Of a DNA stretch of 51,425 nucleotides, positions 27,007 through 37,464 are shown piece after piece. Made by a program: the position numbers and the translations under genes. Numbering within the stretch: the first letter of the stretch is position 1; each line of letters opens with the position of its first letter. The DNA lies in contig DASUBP010000032.1 in the NCBI GenBank assembly GCA_035763205.1, forward strand, positions 1 to 51,425, written 5' to 3'. The stretch comes from Gemmatimonadales bacterium (lineage in GTDB: Bacteria; Gemmatimonadota; Gemmatimonadetes; Gemmatimonadales; GWC2-71-9). The notes under the pieces were generated by a model that saw only the letters and a list, made by a program, of their open reading frames with translations, was not told the DNA's origin and made no database searches.

Positions 27007-27048
27007 CGGGCCGCCCTTGCTGAACTCCCACCATTTTTTTCAATCGTG

Positions 27049-28434
<1,386 letters not shown>

Positions 28435-28641
28435 AGAATCAGGATGTGGGGATGTTGGCGAGTGGGGATGTGGGACGTTTCGTTCACAATGAGCCAACAG
28501 TCCCAACATCGAGCCAACACCTGTGGACAGGGAAAGCGCATTGAGACGCGAGAGTTGCGGATTCCTTCCACATATCCCGCTCTCTACTACTACTACTAGT
28601 TTCTATATATAGAGAAGTAAAAGCTTCTTTCCTGGGGAAAA
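28435..28641. other. candidate oriC (DnaA-box-like sites, (CTA)5 trio run, AT-rich unwinding region)
   Basis: TGTGG cores at 28445, 28469 and 28522, and a CCACA core at 28568. TGTGGACAG (28522-30) is 7/9 to TGTGGATAA, and TTATCCGCA (28420-28, in the last dnaA codons) is 8/9. (CTA)5 lies at 28584-28598, followed by AT-rich GTTTCTATATATAGAGAAGTAAAAGC. Confidence 0.6.
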
Positions 28642-29748
28642 ATGAAGTTCACGATCACGCGGGACCAGCTGCAGGAAGGACTCACGGCGGTGGCGGCGGC
28701 GATTCCGGCCAAGACCACCCTGCCGGTGCTCTCCAACGTCCTCGTGGAGGCAACGAAGCAGGGTGTGCGCCTCTCCGGAACCGATCTGGACATCGCGGTG
28801 AGTACGATGGTCTCGGCGGACGTGGATGCCGAAGGGGCAGCCACCCTGCCGGCCAAGAAGCTCGTGGACATCGCCCGCGAGCTCCCTCCGGCAGCCATTC
28901 GCTTCACGGGGGCTTCGGAGCAGCGGGTCTCGATCGAGTGCGGGAAGTCCCGGTTCAAGCTGCTGGGCCTTCCCCGCGAGGAATTCCCTTCCTTCCCCGC
29001 CGTGAAGTTCGATGGCGCGTCCAAGGCAGCGGCTGGAGTGGTGCAGAAGCTGATCAATCACGTAGCCTTCGCCGCTTCGACCGAAGAGAGCCGCCCCATC
29101 CTGAACGGCGTGCTCTGGGAGCTCCGTCCGGACCGCATGCGGATGGTGGCGACCAACGGTCACCGCCTGGCCAAAATGGACGTCCCGTCGACCGGCTCGG
29201 CCGCTGCCGACCTGATCGTTCCCCCCAAGGCGCTGGATCAGATCCGCCGGCTCTTCGCGGCCGACGCCGAGATCGAGATCGCGAAGAGCGACAACCACAT
29301 CGGGTTCAGGTCGGGTGGGAAGCTGGTCTTCTCCCGGCTCATCGAAGGCCCGTACCCTCCGTATGAGAACGTCATTCCGCGCGAGAACGACAAGTCCGCG
29401 ACCGTGGATCGGAATGCGATGGCGGGAGCACTTCGGCGGATGAGCGTCGTGGCGAGCGATCAGACGCACCGCATCCGGCTCGCGCTCTCCGGCGGGACCT
29501 GCCGGTTCTCGGTGCAGACTCCCGACCTGGGCGAAGCCCAGGACGAGCTGGCCGTGACCTACGAAGGGGAGCCGCTGGAAATCGGCTTCAATGCCACCTA
29601 TCTGCTGGAAATCCTGAAGTTCATGCCCACCGATGAAGTCAGGTTCACGTTCAAGGCTCCGGAGCGGGCCGCGACGGTCGAGCCGGTACGCTGGAACGAC
29701 CCGGCGAGCTATATGGCGCTCGTGATGCCGCTGAGGCTCGTCGACTAG
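28642..29748 (+). CDS. dnaN: DNA polymerase III subunit beta (sliding clamp)
   Basis: 368 aa. MKFTITRDQLQEGL..., three-domain clamp, C-terminal MPLRLVD. Canonical position after dnaA. Confidence 0.97.
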   Translation: MKFTITRDQLQEGLTAVAAAIPAKTTLPVLSNVLVEATKQGVRLSGTDLDIAVSTMVSADVDAEGAATLPAKKLVDIARELPPAAIRFTGASEQRVSIECGKSRFKLLGLPREEFPSFPAVKFDGASKAAAGVVQKLINHVAFAASTEESRPILNGVLWELRPDRMRMVATNGHRLAKMDVPSTGSAAADLIVPPKALDQIRRLFAADAEIEIAKSDNHIGFRSGGKLVFSRLIEGPYPPYENVIPRENDKSATVDRNAMAGALRRMSVVASDQTHRIRLALSGGTCRFSVQTPDLGEAQDELAVTYEGEPLEIGFNATYLLEILKFMPTDEVRFTFKAPERAATVEPVRWNDPASYMALVMPLRLVD

Positions 29749-30616
29749 AATCCGCCGCACTGTCGGTCTTCATGGTGTCCGACTTTGTCGAGTCGACTGG
29801 AATCACCACGGGGATTGAGTCCAGCTCCGCCTGCGGAATCAACGGCATCAGCAATGAGTCGGCCGCGGTCGTGTCCGGCGGGATGTACACGTCGACGCCG
29901 CGGAATCGCGCGAGAATCAAGTCTCGACGGGCGAGAGTGATCGCCGGGTGGAAGAGCGGATTCGATGACCGCGGATGCGGCAGCGTCGCCGCCAGCTCGG
30001 CCGCCTGTTCGTCACTCAGCCCCGACGGCGGGACTCCGAAGTAGTCCCGGCTCGCCTGGTCCACGCCCCACACGCCCGGTCCCCACTCCACCACGTTCAA
30101 GTACAGCTCCATGATGCGGTCCTTCGGGAGCGCCAGTTCGAGACGCACCGCGGTGACCGCCTCCTTGAGCTTTCGCAGAGGATTCCGGGAGGGTGAGAGA
30201 TAGAGATTCTTCGCGAGCTGTTGGGTGATGGTGCTGGCCCCGCGGATGCGGTCGCGCCGCCTCCAGACCGCCTGCACGGTCGGCCAGAGCTTCGAATGCG
30301 GGGTCAGTTGGAGGGCGTCGGCGATTTCGGCGAAGTCGATGCCGTGGTGAGTCTTGAAGCGGGAGTCTTCCCCGATGATCACCATGCGCTGCATGACGGG
30401 TGCAATCGAGGACAGGGGCACCGGATGCACGGTCGGGAGCCGGGAGCCCCTAAAGGACTCCCCGCTGGTCGCGGGAGTCGTCGACTCCTCGCGCATCATC
30501 GCCGTCGTACGCGGGGTGTGAAAGCGCCACCAGACCGGTGGTGGCCACACACCGAGGAGCCAAATGAGGGCCAGGACCGCGAGACCGGCCGCCCAGCGCC
30601 CCAGCCTACGACGCAT
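29651..30616 (-). CDS. mtgA: monofunctional peptidoglycan glycosyltransferase with C-terminal extension
   Basis: N-terminal TM and GT51 motifs (EDSRFKTHHGIDF, ASTITQQLAKNLYLS). An extra C-terminal tail of about 75 aa runs 98 nt into the dnaN 3' end on the opposite strand. Confidence 0.85.
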   Translation of the reverse strand: MRRRLGRWAAGLAVLALIWLLGVWPPPVWWRFHTPRTTAMMREESTTPATSGESFRGSRLPTVHPVPLSSIAPVMQRMVIIGEDSRFKTHHGIDFAEIADALQLTPHSKLWPTVQAVWRRRDRIRGASTITQQLAKNLYLSPSRNPLRKLKEAVTAVRLELALPKDRIMELYLNVVEWGPGVWGVDQASRDYFGVPPSGLSDEQAAELAATLPHPRSSNPLFHPAITLARRDLILARFRGVDVYIPPDTTAADSLLMPLIPQAELDSIPVVIPVDSTKSDTMKTDSAADSSRRASAASRAPYSSPGRSSVPARPSRPAPEP

Positions 30617-30622
30617 GGTCGG

Positions 30623-31375
30623 CTAGTGCCTCCGGGTGGGGAGCCGCGATGACACGCCGTACAGCGTCACGTCATTGATGGACGACGCATTCCCCGGCGT
30701 CGTGGCCACCAGTCCCATTTGACTGAGCCCACCGATCGAGAACCCGAAGGCGAACTGGGTTCGCCGGAATTTCTGGTCGGTGTCCATCCGGGCGACGAAC
30801 CCCAGGGGGAAGCCGGGGTCGAAGGCGGCGCGCAGGTCGGCGCCGAAGGCCCGGAATCCGGATGGGTTGGCCGAGGTGAGTGCGCCGAGGCCCAACCCCG
30901 GGGTGACCTGGAGATTCGCGCTTGCCGTGTACCGGACTCGCTGCACCAGTCCCCGGACATTCGGCTGGCCGATGTTGGCGATCACTCCCGCCAGCGCCAA
31001 CGCGCCGGACGCCCGGTACGTCATGCCGACGTCGAACCCGGTGCCCCTCGTACCGCCGCGATACCAGGTGGTCCCCAGCCCCACCGCCATCGGTCCTTGG
31101 CCGGTGCCGAAGGCGAGCTTGTACGTGCCCGCGCTGGTCCCGCCGGAGAATTGATCGCGCTGATACGCGAAGCCCAGGCCCCGCGCATTGAAGCCGACGT
31201 TCAGCTGCCGCAATTGTCCCAGTGACCCCGGGTTCGCGACGGTGAGGTCGAAGTAGACAGATGCCTCCTGCCGCACGGCGAGGCCTGAGGGGGTCACCCA
31301 GATGGCGCGGGCGTCCTGTGCTTCAGAGGGCAAGATGTATGTGTCGGAGCGATTCACGGCGACCTGAGCGGACAA
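30623..31375 (-). CDS. putative outer-membrane beta-barrel protein (PorV/PorQ-like)
   Basis: Gly/aromatic-rich alternating beta pattern. AIWVTPSGLAV resembles the NPAGLA motif of PorV-like barrels. The coordinates use the TTG from the ORF track. The signal peptide is encoded upstream and the true start is probably CTG 31426 (see findings). Confidence 0.6.
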   Translation of the reverse strand: MSAQVAVNRSDTYILPSEAQDARAIWVTPSGLAVRQEASVYFDLTVANPGSLGQLRQLNVGFNARGLGFAYQRDQFSGGTSAGTYKLAFGTGQGPMAVGLGTTWYRGGTRGTGFDVGMTYRASGALALAGVIANIGQPNVRGLVQRVRYTASANLQVTPGLGLGALTSANPSGFRAFGADLRAAFDPGFPLGFVARMDTDQKFRRTQFAFGFSIGGLSQMGLVATTPGNASSINDVTLYGVSSRLPTRRH

Positions 31376-31422
31376 TCCCCCGCCCAGGACGAGGAGGCCG
31401 AAGCCCGCGGCAACCGCGCGCT

Positions 31423-32295
31423 TCAGGGCAACACCACGATCGTCGTGCGCGAGACCTGGTGTCGCGGAATCGCCATGCCCTGCGGATCGAATGTGATCAC
31501 GATCCCCGCGCTGTCCACGGTACTGCCGCCGAGGAAGCGCCCCGCCGCGGAGAACTGCAGCTTGCCGGCGTGGGTGCCGGTGCCGGAAAGCGCGAAGGTC
31601 GCTCCCCCGGCCGCTCCGGAGCCCGAGACCGTGAAGTCACCGGAGACTTGTATCCCCAGCTGCCGCACCCCCGCGAGACTCTCCCACTCGCCGGTCGCGT
31701 AGTGACTGACGGAACGATCGACCACCACGGCGGTGCCCGTAGTGTCGGTCGCTTCGGTCGAATCGCTCCACTTCACCCCCGGCGCGACTCCGGCCGACGG
31801 CAGCCTCGGGAAAAAGGTCCGGAATCCGCCGAACAGCTGTGCCAGGTTCTTGGCGATGGCGGCATCCGAAGGTCGAGGATCGATCAGCTGCCCCCAGGGG
31901 GAGAGCCGGCCATCATACCGGAGTCCGCGGGCCGACTGAAGGTCGACCGTCGGGGGCAGCACCGTCGCCGAGTCGGCGAGGATCGAATCGATGGTGATCG
32001 AGACCGAGTACCCGCGGGCATCGGCCGGACCGATGATGATTGCGGTGACGTAGGTCCTGAGACCGATCTCCTGAACCTGGTCGCCGGTGGGCAGCTGCTG
32101 GTCGACGTGGTGACGCTGGCTGATGACGTACTTCGTGACCCCCGGCGAATACCTGAGGGGCGCTGATTGAGGAATCGCGGGGGTGGCTGACGCCGGGACT
32201 GGCGGACCACCGGCTGTCGAAGTGGGTGCGATGGTGCCACCGCAAGCCACGGCGGCGGCGGTCACGACCGCGAGGGCCGACACTGAAATTCGCAT
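31423..32295 (-). CDS. hypothetical lipoprotein
   Basis: The ATG at 32295 forms a TGATG overlap with the upstream small ORF. Lipobox AAVACGG in MRISVSALAVVTAAAVACGG. No family recognised. Confidence 0.65.
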   Translation of the reverse strand: MRISVSALAVVTAAAVACGGTIAPTSTAGGPPVPASATPAIPQSAPLRYSPGVTKYVISQRHHVDQQLPTGDQVQEIGLRTYVTAIIIGPADARGYSVSITIDSILADSATVLPPTVDLQSARGLRYDGRLSPWGQLIDPRPSDAAIAKNLAQLFGGFRTFFPRLPSAGVAPGVKWSDSTEATDTTGTAVVVDRSVSHYATGEWESLAGVRQLGIQVSGDFTVSGSGAAGGATFALSGTGTHAGKLQFSAAGRFLGGSTVDSAGIVITFDPQGMAIPRHQVSRTTIVVLP

Positions 32296-32522
32296 CACGT
32301 TGTAGCCCCACTGCGGTCGGTTTTGGTCCGCCCGAAGACCGCCACCATCTCCTGCCCTTCGGACGACACGCGCAGCAAGCTCCACCCCCGGCGCCGCATG
32401 TCGGCGCGCCAGGCGATGAGCTTCGACCATTCTTCACTGGTTGTCCGGAATACCCGCAAGTCGGCGACCGACTCCCATTGCGGGGGATAAGGCTTGAGAG
32501 GAACGGGGGTTGGTGGGGCCAT
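32295..32522 (-). CDS. hypothetical small protein (start uncertain)
   Basis: 75-aa ORF coupled to the downstream lipoprotein gene. Its ATG and first 7-8 codons lie inside the 3' end of rnpB, and an in-frame TTG about 63 nt downstream is an alternative start. Confidence 0.4.
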   Translation of the reverse strand: MAPPTPVPLKPYPPQWESVADLRVFRTTSEEWSKLIAWRADMRRRGWSLLRVSSEGQEMVAVFGRTKTDRSGATT

Positions 32523-32887
32523 AAGCCGAGTTCTGTTTGACCGCCTTTCGACGGTCAGATGGTCATCTCTCTGGGATGGCTGTCGCCAGCCACCTCGTGC
32601 GGCCTACCCGCAGCTCGAACGGCCCGGGACCGAGCCTCGCTGCTTATTTGGCCTTGCTCCGACTGGGGGTTACCGTGCCACGACCGTTGCCGGCCGCGCG
32701 GTGGGCTCTTACCCCACCTTTTCACCCTTACCCCTGGATAGGGGGCGGTCTGTTTTCTGTGGCCCTTTCCGTCGCCTCACGGCGCCCAGGCGTTACCTGG
32801 CAGTCAGCCCTGTGGAGCTCGGACTTTCCTCGGAGTCGCCCGACCCTGCAGCGACCCGCGACCATCCCACCCCACCAATACCCGTCC
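32500..32887 (-). ncRNA. rnpB: RNase P RNA, bacterial type A
   Basis: The reverse complement contains GAGGAAAGTCCGAGCTCC (P4 5' strand), GCCAGGTAACGCCTGG, GGTAAGGGTGAAAAGGTGGGGTAAGAGCCCACC, GGAGCAAGGCCAAATA and ACAGAACTCGGCTTAT (P4 3' strand), in the same order as E. coli M1 RNA. A P1 helix can form between about 32870-32887 and 32500-32520. Ends are accurate to about 10 nt. Confidence 0.95.
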
Positions 32888-32907
32888 ATCAAGAAGCTAT
32901 CGGTTCT

Positions 32908-32936
32908 GAGGCTCCCCCGGCAAGGCGGGAGCCCTC
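32908..32936 (-). terminator. hairpin downstream of the large lipoprotein gene, just upstream of rnpB
   Basis: GGCTCCC (32910-32916) pairs with GGGAGCC (32927-32933), with flanking GAG/CTC. It begins 7 nt past the stop at 32943 and has no U-tract. Confidence 0.4.
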
Positions 32937-32942
32937 AACTCC

Positions 32943-34826
32943 TTATTTCTCGCGGGCTAAGCGACGCACGAGGCGCCACGTGCTGTCCTGTCCGGCGGAG
33001 ACGCCCGACCGCCGGGCGTCGAGCCAAAACCCGCTGTTCTCCCGGAAGGCGAGGGGGCGCAAGGCTGCCCAGCCGGACTGATCGACATCGCGGGGCACGA
33101 GCTCGAAGGCACTGAGCACATTGATCCCCCTTCCCCGATAGCGGGCATTGGTTTGCCGGGACGACGGGTCCCGGGTGAGCAGGATGACAGGAGTCCCCGG
33201 GGCCGACCACCCCCGCAGCAGTCCCCGCCCGAACCAGTCTTGTGGCGGCGCGGCTGCCCGAACCGCGAGCAGGAGGCCCGGGCGGATCCGCTGAATCCTC
33301 GCGCGCAGGTCCGAAGCGCGGGTCGTGGTGACCCGCTCGAGCGCCTCGAACAGATCGTCCACGAGCCCCTCGTTCAGCAGCACGTCGTAGCGGTCCTGCG
33401 GCGCCACCTTCTTCAGACCCGCACCCTGGGCCGCCGAGATGGCCGAGTCCTTCACCATGCCGTCCACTCCGGCGTCGTAGTCGGCCTCGCAGATCGTCGC
33501 GGCGGGCTGGGTAGATGACGGCTCGCGCTCAAGGTCCACGGCCACGGCGGGGATGAGATCCTGGTGCTGCGCGGCGAGCCGGGCCAGCGAGATCATCCCG
33601 GGTACGAACGCGGCATTCCAGTAACCGGGATCGAGGAGACAGCGTCCGGCGGCGACGCCCGCCGTGTCGGGTGGCAGGCGGAACGAGTCAGGCTCGAGGG
33701 CCGGCACCCAGCGCGCGCTCGTCTGCTCCAGGCGGTCCCCCATCACCTTCCACACGTTCTGGGACACCGTTCGCTCCCACGGCGCGTAATGCGTCGACTC
33801 CGCCACAGCTTCGACGTTTGCCGGTCCCGCGAACACGTTGAAAGCCCCAACGTCGAGCAACGCCGTCAGCGAATCGAGGGCGACCTTCCGCTCCGCGTAG
33901 CCGGTCCGGTATCCCAGCGGCTCGGCCCAGAGTACCCGGAGACCCGCGCGACCGATCCAATCGGGGGGCGTCACCGAGTCTTTCACCGGCAGATCGGGGC
34001 GCAGCGGGAGCGTGACCGGACGCGAACCCCCGGGCGGGCTCGCGAGCGTGAGCCGGGCGCGTACGGAGTCCGGCCCCCCTTCGAGGGACAGCGGCACCGG
34101 CTGCGTGGCGGCGGGGACATTCGCCCACTCCGCAGGACGCCTGGTCCAGCGCGCGACCGTCTCCAGGAAGTCCTTGGTGGTCCCCGCATCGTCGGCGGCC
34201 AGTGCCGCGCGACTGGTGACGACGACCAGTCCGGCCGCGACCCGGGTGGCGGCGACGACGACGGGCTGTGGGGCGCCCCGAGTCGCCGGGGTCACCCGCG
34301 CGAGCGCCTGCGCCGGCAGGCGAATCCGCAACGTGCGCGCGTCCTCCAGCTCGATCGGTACGAGATCAGCACTCGGCAGCGTGCGACGGATCGGCAGGGC
34401 GATGCGCTGCGTGTCGGGGGGAGCGGAGTCGGCGATCACCACGCCCGCGCCCAGGGACTTGAGCCAGCGGTTCATGGTCCAGCGGTCGAGTGCGCTCTCC
34501 GGGTACCCGAGGACGACGACGCCCCCCGCGCGAATCCACTCGGTGAGGATCACCGCGTCCCCGGACGTCAGCGCGTCGGAAGGCTCGTCGGGCCGCAGGC
34601 CGCCGAGCAGCACCACGCCGTGGTAGCGGCGCATGTCGTCACGCGTGAGATGCGGGAAGAAGCGGCGGTACTCGACCGTGTAACCGGCATCGTGCCAGGG
34701 AGCGGCCGTGGTCTGGAGATCGACGGGATCGGCGAGCGTGTAGTCGAGCAGCAGGAGCCGACTCGCCGTCGGGCGGCAGGCGCCGAGTGTGAGCAGCGCC
34801 AGGAGAGGAAGACCACGCTTGGTCAC
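32943..34826 (-). CDS. large hypothetical lipoprotein
   Basis: GTG 34826 gives VTKRGLPLLALLTLGACRP (signal plus lipobox). 627 aa with a coherent non-repetitive composition. No family recognised with confidence. The upstream 69 codons of the ORF look non-coding. Confidence 0.7.
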   Translation of the reverse strand: MTKRGLPLLALLTLGACRPTASRLLLLDYTLADPVDLQTTAAPWHDAGYTVEYRRFFPHLTRDDMRRYHGVVLLGGLRPDEPSDALTSGDAVILTEWIRAGGVVVLGYPESALDRWTMNRWLKSLGAGVVIADSAPPDTQRIALPIRRTLPSADLVPIELEDARTLRIRLPAQALARVTPATRGAPQPVVVAATRVAAGLVVVTSRAALAADDAGTTKDFLETVARWTRRPAEWANVPAATQPVPLSLEGGPDSVRARLTLASPPGGSRPVTLPLRPDLPVKDSVTPPDWIGRAGLRVLWAEPLGYRTGYAERKVALDSLTALLDVGAFNVFAGPANVEAVAESTHYAPWERTVSQNVWKVMGDRLEQTSARWVPALEPDSFRLPPDTAGVAAGRCLLDPGYWNAAFVPGMISLARLAAQHQDLIPAVAVDLEREPSSTQPAATICEADYDAGVDGMVKDSAISAAQGAGLKKVAPQDRYDVLLNEGLVDDLFEALERVTTTRASDLRARIQRIRPGLLLAVRAAAPPQDWFGRGLLRGWSAPGTPVILLTRDPSSRQTNARYRGRGINVLSAFELVPRDVDQSGWAALRPLAFRENSGFWLDARRSGVSAGQDSTWRLVRRLAREK

Positions 34827-34887
34827 CTGGGAAAGATAAGTGCGGGAAGTTGACCAAGTCTTGATGCCCGGGGCGTAGGATGCCCCC

Positions 34888-35751
34888 GTGGTGACGGTCT
34901 GCACGGTATTGCCGGTTCCGGAGCGTTCCCGGGTGGACGCGGTGGGGGATGGGTGTTTCACCACCGTCCACGTGGAAACGTTCCGCGAAGTGCTGCAGGC
35001 GGCACGGCGCCGAAAGGTCGATGCCCTGCTCATTTCGGTGCACCGGTGCGCCGGAGACGAGATCCCCGCCGTGGCGCGGTTCGTCCGGGAATTCCCGGCG
35101 ATTCCGGCCGTCGCCCTGGTCTCGCGTCACGACGGCGTGGCCACCGAAACCTTGCTGCGCCTCGGGGCCACGGGAGTCCGCTCGGCGGTCGACTGCACCG
35201 AGCCGGGTGCGTGGCGCCGGTTGCGCGACGTTTTCGGGCATCCCATCACGCCGGCAGCAGCCCGGATACTCGCTCGACTGGTGCCCGCACTCGGTGATGC
35301 GCCCGAGGAGACCCGGGTGTTCTTCGAGGCGGTGGTGCGGCTGGCGCCCGTCATCGTCACCGTGCGCGGCCTGGCCCGCCATCTGCGCGTCACGCCGAGC
35401 ACGTTCGTGTCACGCTTTCACCGCGCCACCCTGCCCTCGCCCAAACGCTACCTCTCCGCGATGCGGCTGCTCCACGCGGCCTATCTGTTTCAGAATCCCG
35501 GATTGTCGGTGTCGGATGTGGCGTATCGGCTGGACTTCTCGTCTCCACAGAGCTTCGGGCGGCATCTCAAGGCGATACTCGGCGTGACGGCGGGAGAGTT
35601 TCGAAGCCGCTTTCCGTTCGAAGTGGCGCTCGCACGCTACGTCGATCTGCTGATCACCCCGTACCGGGAGGCCCTGCGCGCGTTCTACCCCTTAAACGCG
35701 GGGTTTTGGGACCAAGGATCCGACGTGCCTCGCGTCTCCCGGGCGGGGTGA
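34888..35751 (+). CDS. AraC-family transcriptional regulator
   Basis: C-terminal double HTH: LARHLRVTPSTFVSRFHRA...LLHAAYLFQNPGLSVSDVAYRLDFSSPQSFGRHLKAILGVTAGEFR. The N-terminal domain resembles a receiver-like fold. Confidence 0.8.
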   Translation: MVTVCTVLPVPERSRVDAVGDGCFTTVHVETFREVLQAARRRKVDALLISVHRCAGDEIPAVARFVREFPAIPAVALVSRHDGVATETLLRLGATGVRSAVDCTEPGAWRRLRDVFGHPITPAAARILARLVPALGDAPEETRVFFEAVVRLAPVIVTVRGLARHLRVTPSTFVSRFHRATLPSPKRYLSAMRLLHAAYLFQNPGLSVSDVAYRLDFSSPQSFGRHLKAILGVTAGEFRSRFPFEVALARYVDLLITPYREALRAFYPLNAGFWDQGSDVPRVSRAG

Positions 35752-35757
35752 ATCGCC

Positions 35758-37464
35758 TCAGTCGGCGGCGGCGCGGACCACCCGGTGCTCAGCCGTCGAC
35801 TGCTCGGGCTTGAGGACGGCGAAGCGCGCGATACTGGCGCGCAGGCGCTCGGCGAGCTGGGCGAGCTGCTGCGACGTGGCGGTGAGGTCGCCCATCGAAG
35901 TGATCTGTGCCTGCGTGGCCGATGCCGCACTGGTGGCGTGCTCGGCGGAGACGCCGGACACCGTGGACACCTGTGCGAGCGATTGCGCGAGCTGCGCGAG
36001 CCGCTCGGCTTGAGTTCGCGAGACCTCCGCGGTCGCGTCGACGAGGCCGCCGATTACCTGAACGCCCTCGTGGAGCTCGCGGAGCGCCCCGTCGGCCTCG
36101 GCCGCGACGACGCCGATGTCCCGCACCTGACTCTCACCCGTTTCCATGGCTCGCGCGGCGGCCGTGATGCCGGTGCGGATCTCGCTCACCAGCTCCGCGA
36201 CCTCGCGCGCCGACTTCCCTGCCTCGCCCGCCAATCCCCGGACCTCCTGTGCGACGACACCGAACCCCTCGCCATGCTCGCCGGCGCGGGCCGCTTCGAT
36301 CGCCGCGTTGAGGGCGAGCAAGTGGGTTTGCCGCGCGATCCGGGCGATGGTCTGCGCGAACCCCCCGATGCGGTCGGACATGGCCGAAAGGCCACCGACG
36401 GTCGCCGCCGTGGCGCGCACCTCTTCGCGGACCGAGCGCAGCGTCTGACTGGCGCGCTCGACGCGGTCTCTTCCCCGCGCCGCCGTCGACGCGAGCTGAC
36501 CGGCGTCCGACTGCATCCGCTCCGCGCGGGTCTTGAGGCTCTCGGCCTGGGCCGCCGCCTTTGCGCTCTCCGCCTGCGCGCCTTCGGCGACGGTCCGTTG
36601 CCCGACGAGATCGTCGGCGAGTCCCTTGGCGGTCTGGGTGACGGCCTCGGACGTCGCGTGAATCTGCTCCGCCGCGGCGGCGAGCTCTTCGGCGAAGGCC
36701 GCGACTTCGTCCGCTTCATGCTGCACCGTGGAGATCGTCGCGCCGATCTCGTCCAGCATCCGGTTCAAGCTCTTTTCCAGGAATCCGAGCTCGTCGGACT
36801 CGGCGGCGGCGGCGCGTACACCCAGCTGTCCCTGTTCAGCGGATCCCATGATGCTGCGCGTCGCGCGGATTCGGGTGATCAGGGTGGCGGGGATCCGCTT
36901 CAGGGCCATGGCGACGGCGACGAAGACGACGGTCTCGAGGTACGCGGCCGGGGGAATGTCCGCGGAGCCCTCATACAGTGAGCCGTGGAGCATGGTGGAC
37001 GCGAGGTATGCGAGGGATCCGACGAGTACCAGGAAGTCCCCGACGGTGCGGCCCTGGTCGAATGTGTAGGGCAGGACCGCGATGAAGAATCCGGCGATGA
37101 GGCCGCCATGTCCGAACCACACCACCGGCAGGGCCGCGAGGAGCACGTCGAGGAGGGTGAGGACGTAGATCAGCCACCAGCGATACCACCCGCGCTCATT
37201 GACGAGTCCAACCAGGGCGTTGAGAATGGCGCCGCCACCGGCCGCCAACACGATCGTCCCGGGTGACGTGCGGATGGTGCCGCTGAGCCAGCCCAGGATG
37301 CCGACGAAGAACACGCCGGACACCATGACCCAGCGGCGGGAAAGGGAGCGGGCGAAGGTGTCGAGGTCCTTGAGGCGCTGCTCCAGCCCGGCGGAGTCGT
37401 CGGAGCGCCCGCGCAGCCAGTTGGCGAGGGACCGCTTCTCGGGATGGAGGGAAGGGATCGTCAC
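35758..37464 (-). CDS. methyl-accepting chemotaxis protein (multi-TM N-terminus, no periplasmic sensor)
   Basis: Conserved signalling domain [41 protein letters not shown]. Several N-terminal TM helices. GTG 37464 forms a GTGA overlap with the pyrE stop. The upstream ORF extension overlaps pyrE and was rejected. Confidence 0.85.
   Translation of the reverse strand: MTIPSLHPEKRSLANWLRGRSDDSAGLEQRLKDLDTFARSLSRRWVMVSGVFFVGILGWLSGTIRTSPGTIVLAAGGGAILNALVGLVNERGWYRWWLIYVLTLLDVLLAALPVVWFGHGGLIAGFFIAVLPYTFDQGRTVGDFLVLVGSLAYLASTMLHGSLYEGSADIPPAAYLETVVFVAVAMALKRIPATLITRIRATRSIMGSAEQGQLGVRAAAAESDELGFLEKSLNRMLDEIGATISTVQHEADEVAAFAEELAAAAEQIHATSEAVTQTAKGLADDLVGQRTVAEGAQAESAKAAAQAESLKTRAERMQSDAGQLASTAARGRDRVERASQTLRSVREEVRATAATVGGLSAMSDRIGGFAQTIARIARQTHLLALNAAIEAARAGEHGEGFGVVAQEVRGLAGEAGKSAREVAELVSEIRTGITAAARAMETGESQVRDIGVVAAEADGALRELHEGVQVIGGLVDATAEVSRTQAERLAQLAQSLAQVSTVSGVSAEHATSAASATQAQITSMGDLTATSQQLAQLAERLRASIARFAVLKPEQSTAEHRVVRAAAD

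Noticed and set aside
32494-33115. Two plus-strand ORFs of about 190 aa across 32.5-33.1 kb
   Set aside because: They lie antisense over the RNase P RNA gene and its flanks. The region is explained by rnpB on the minus strand.
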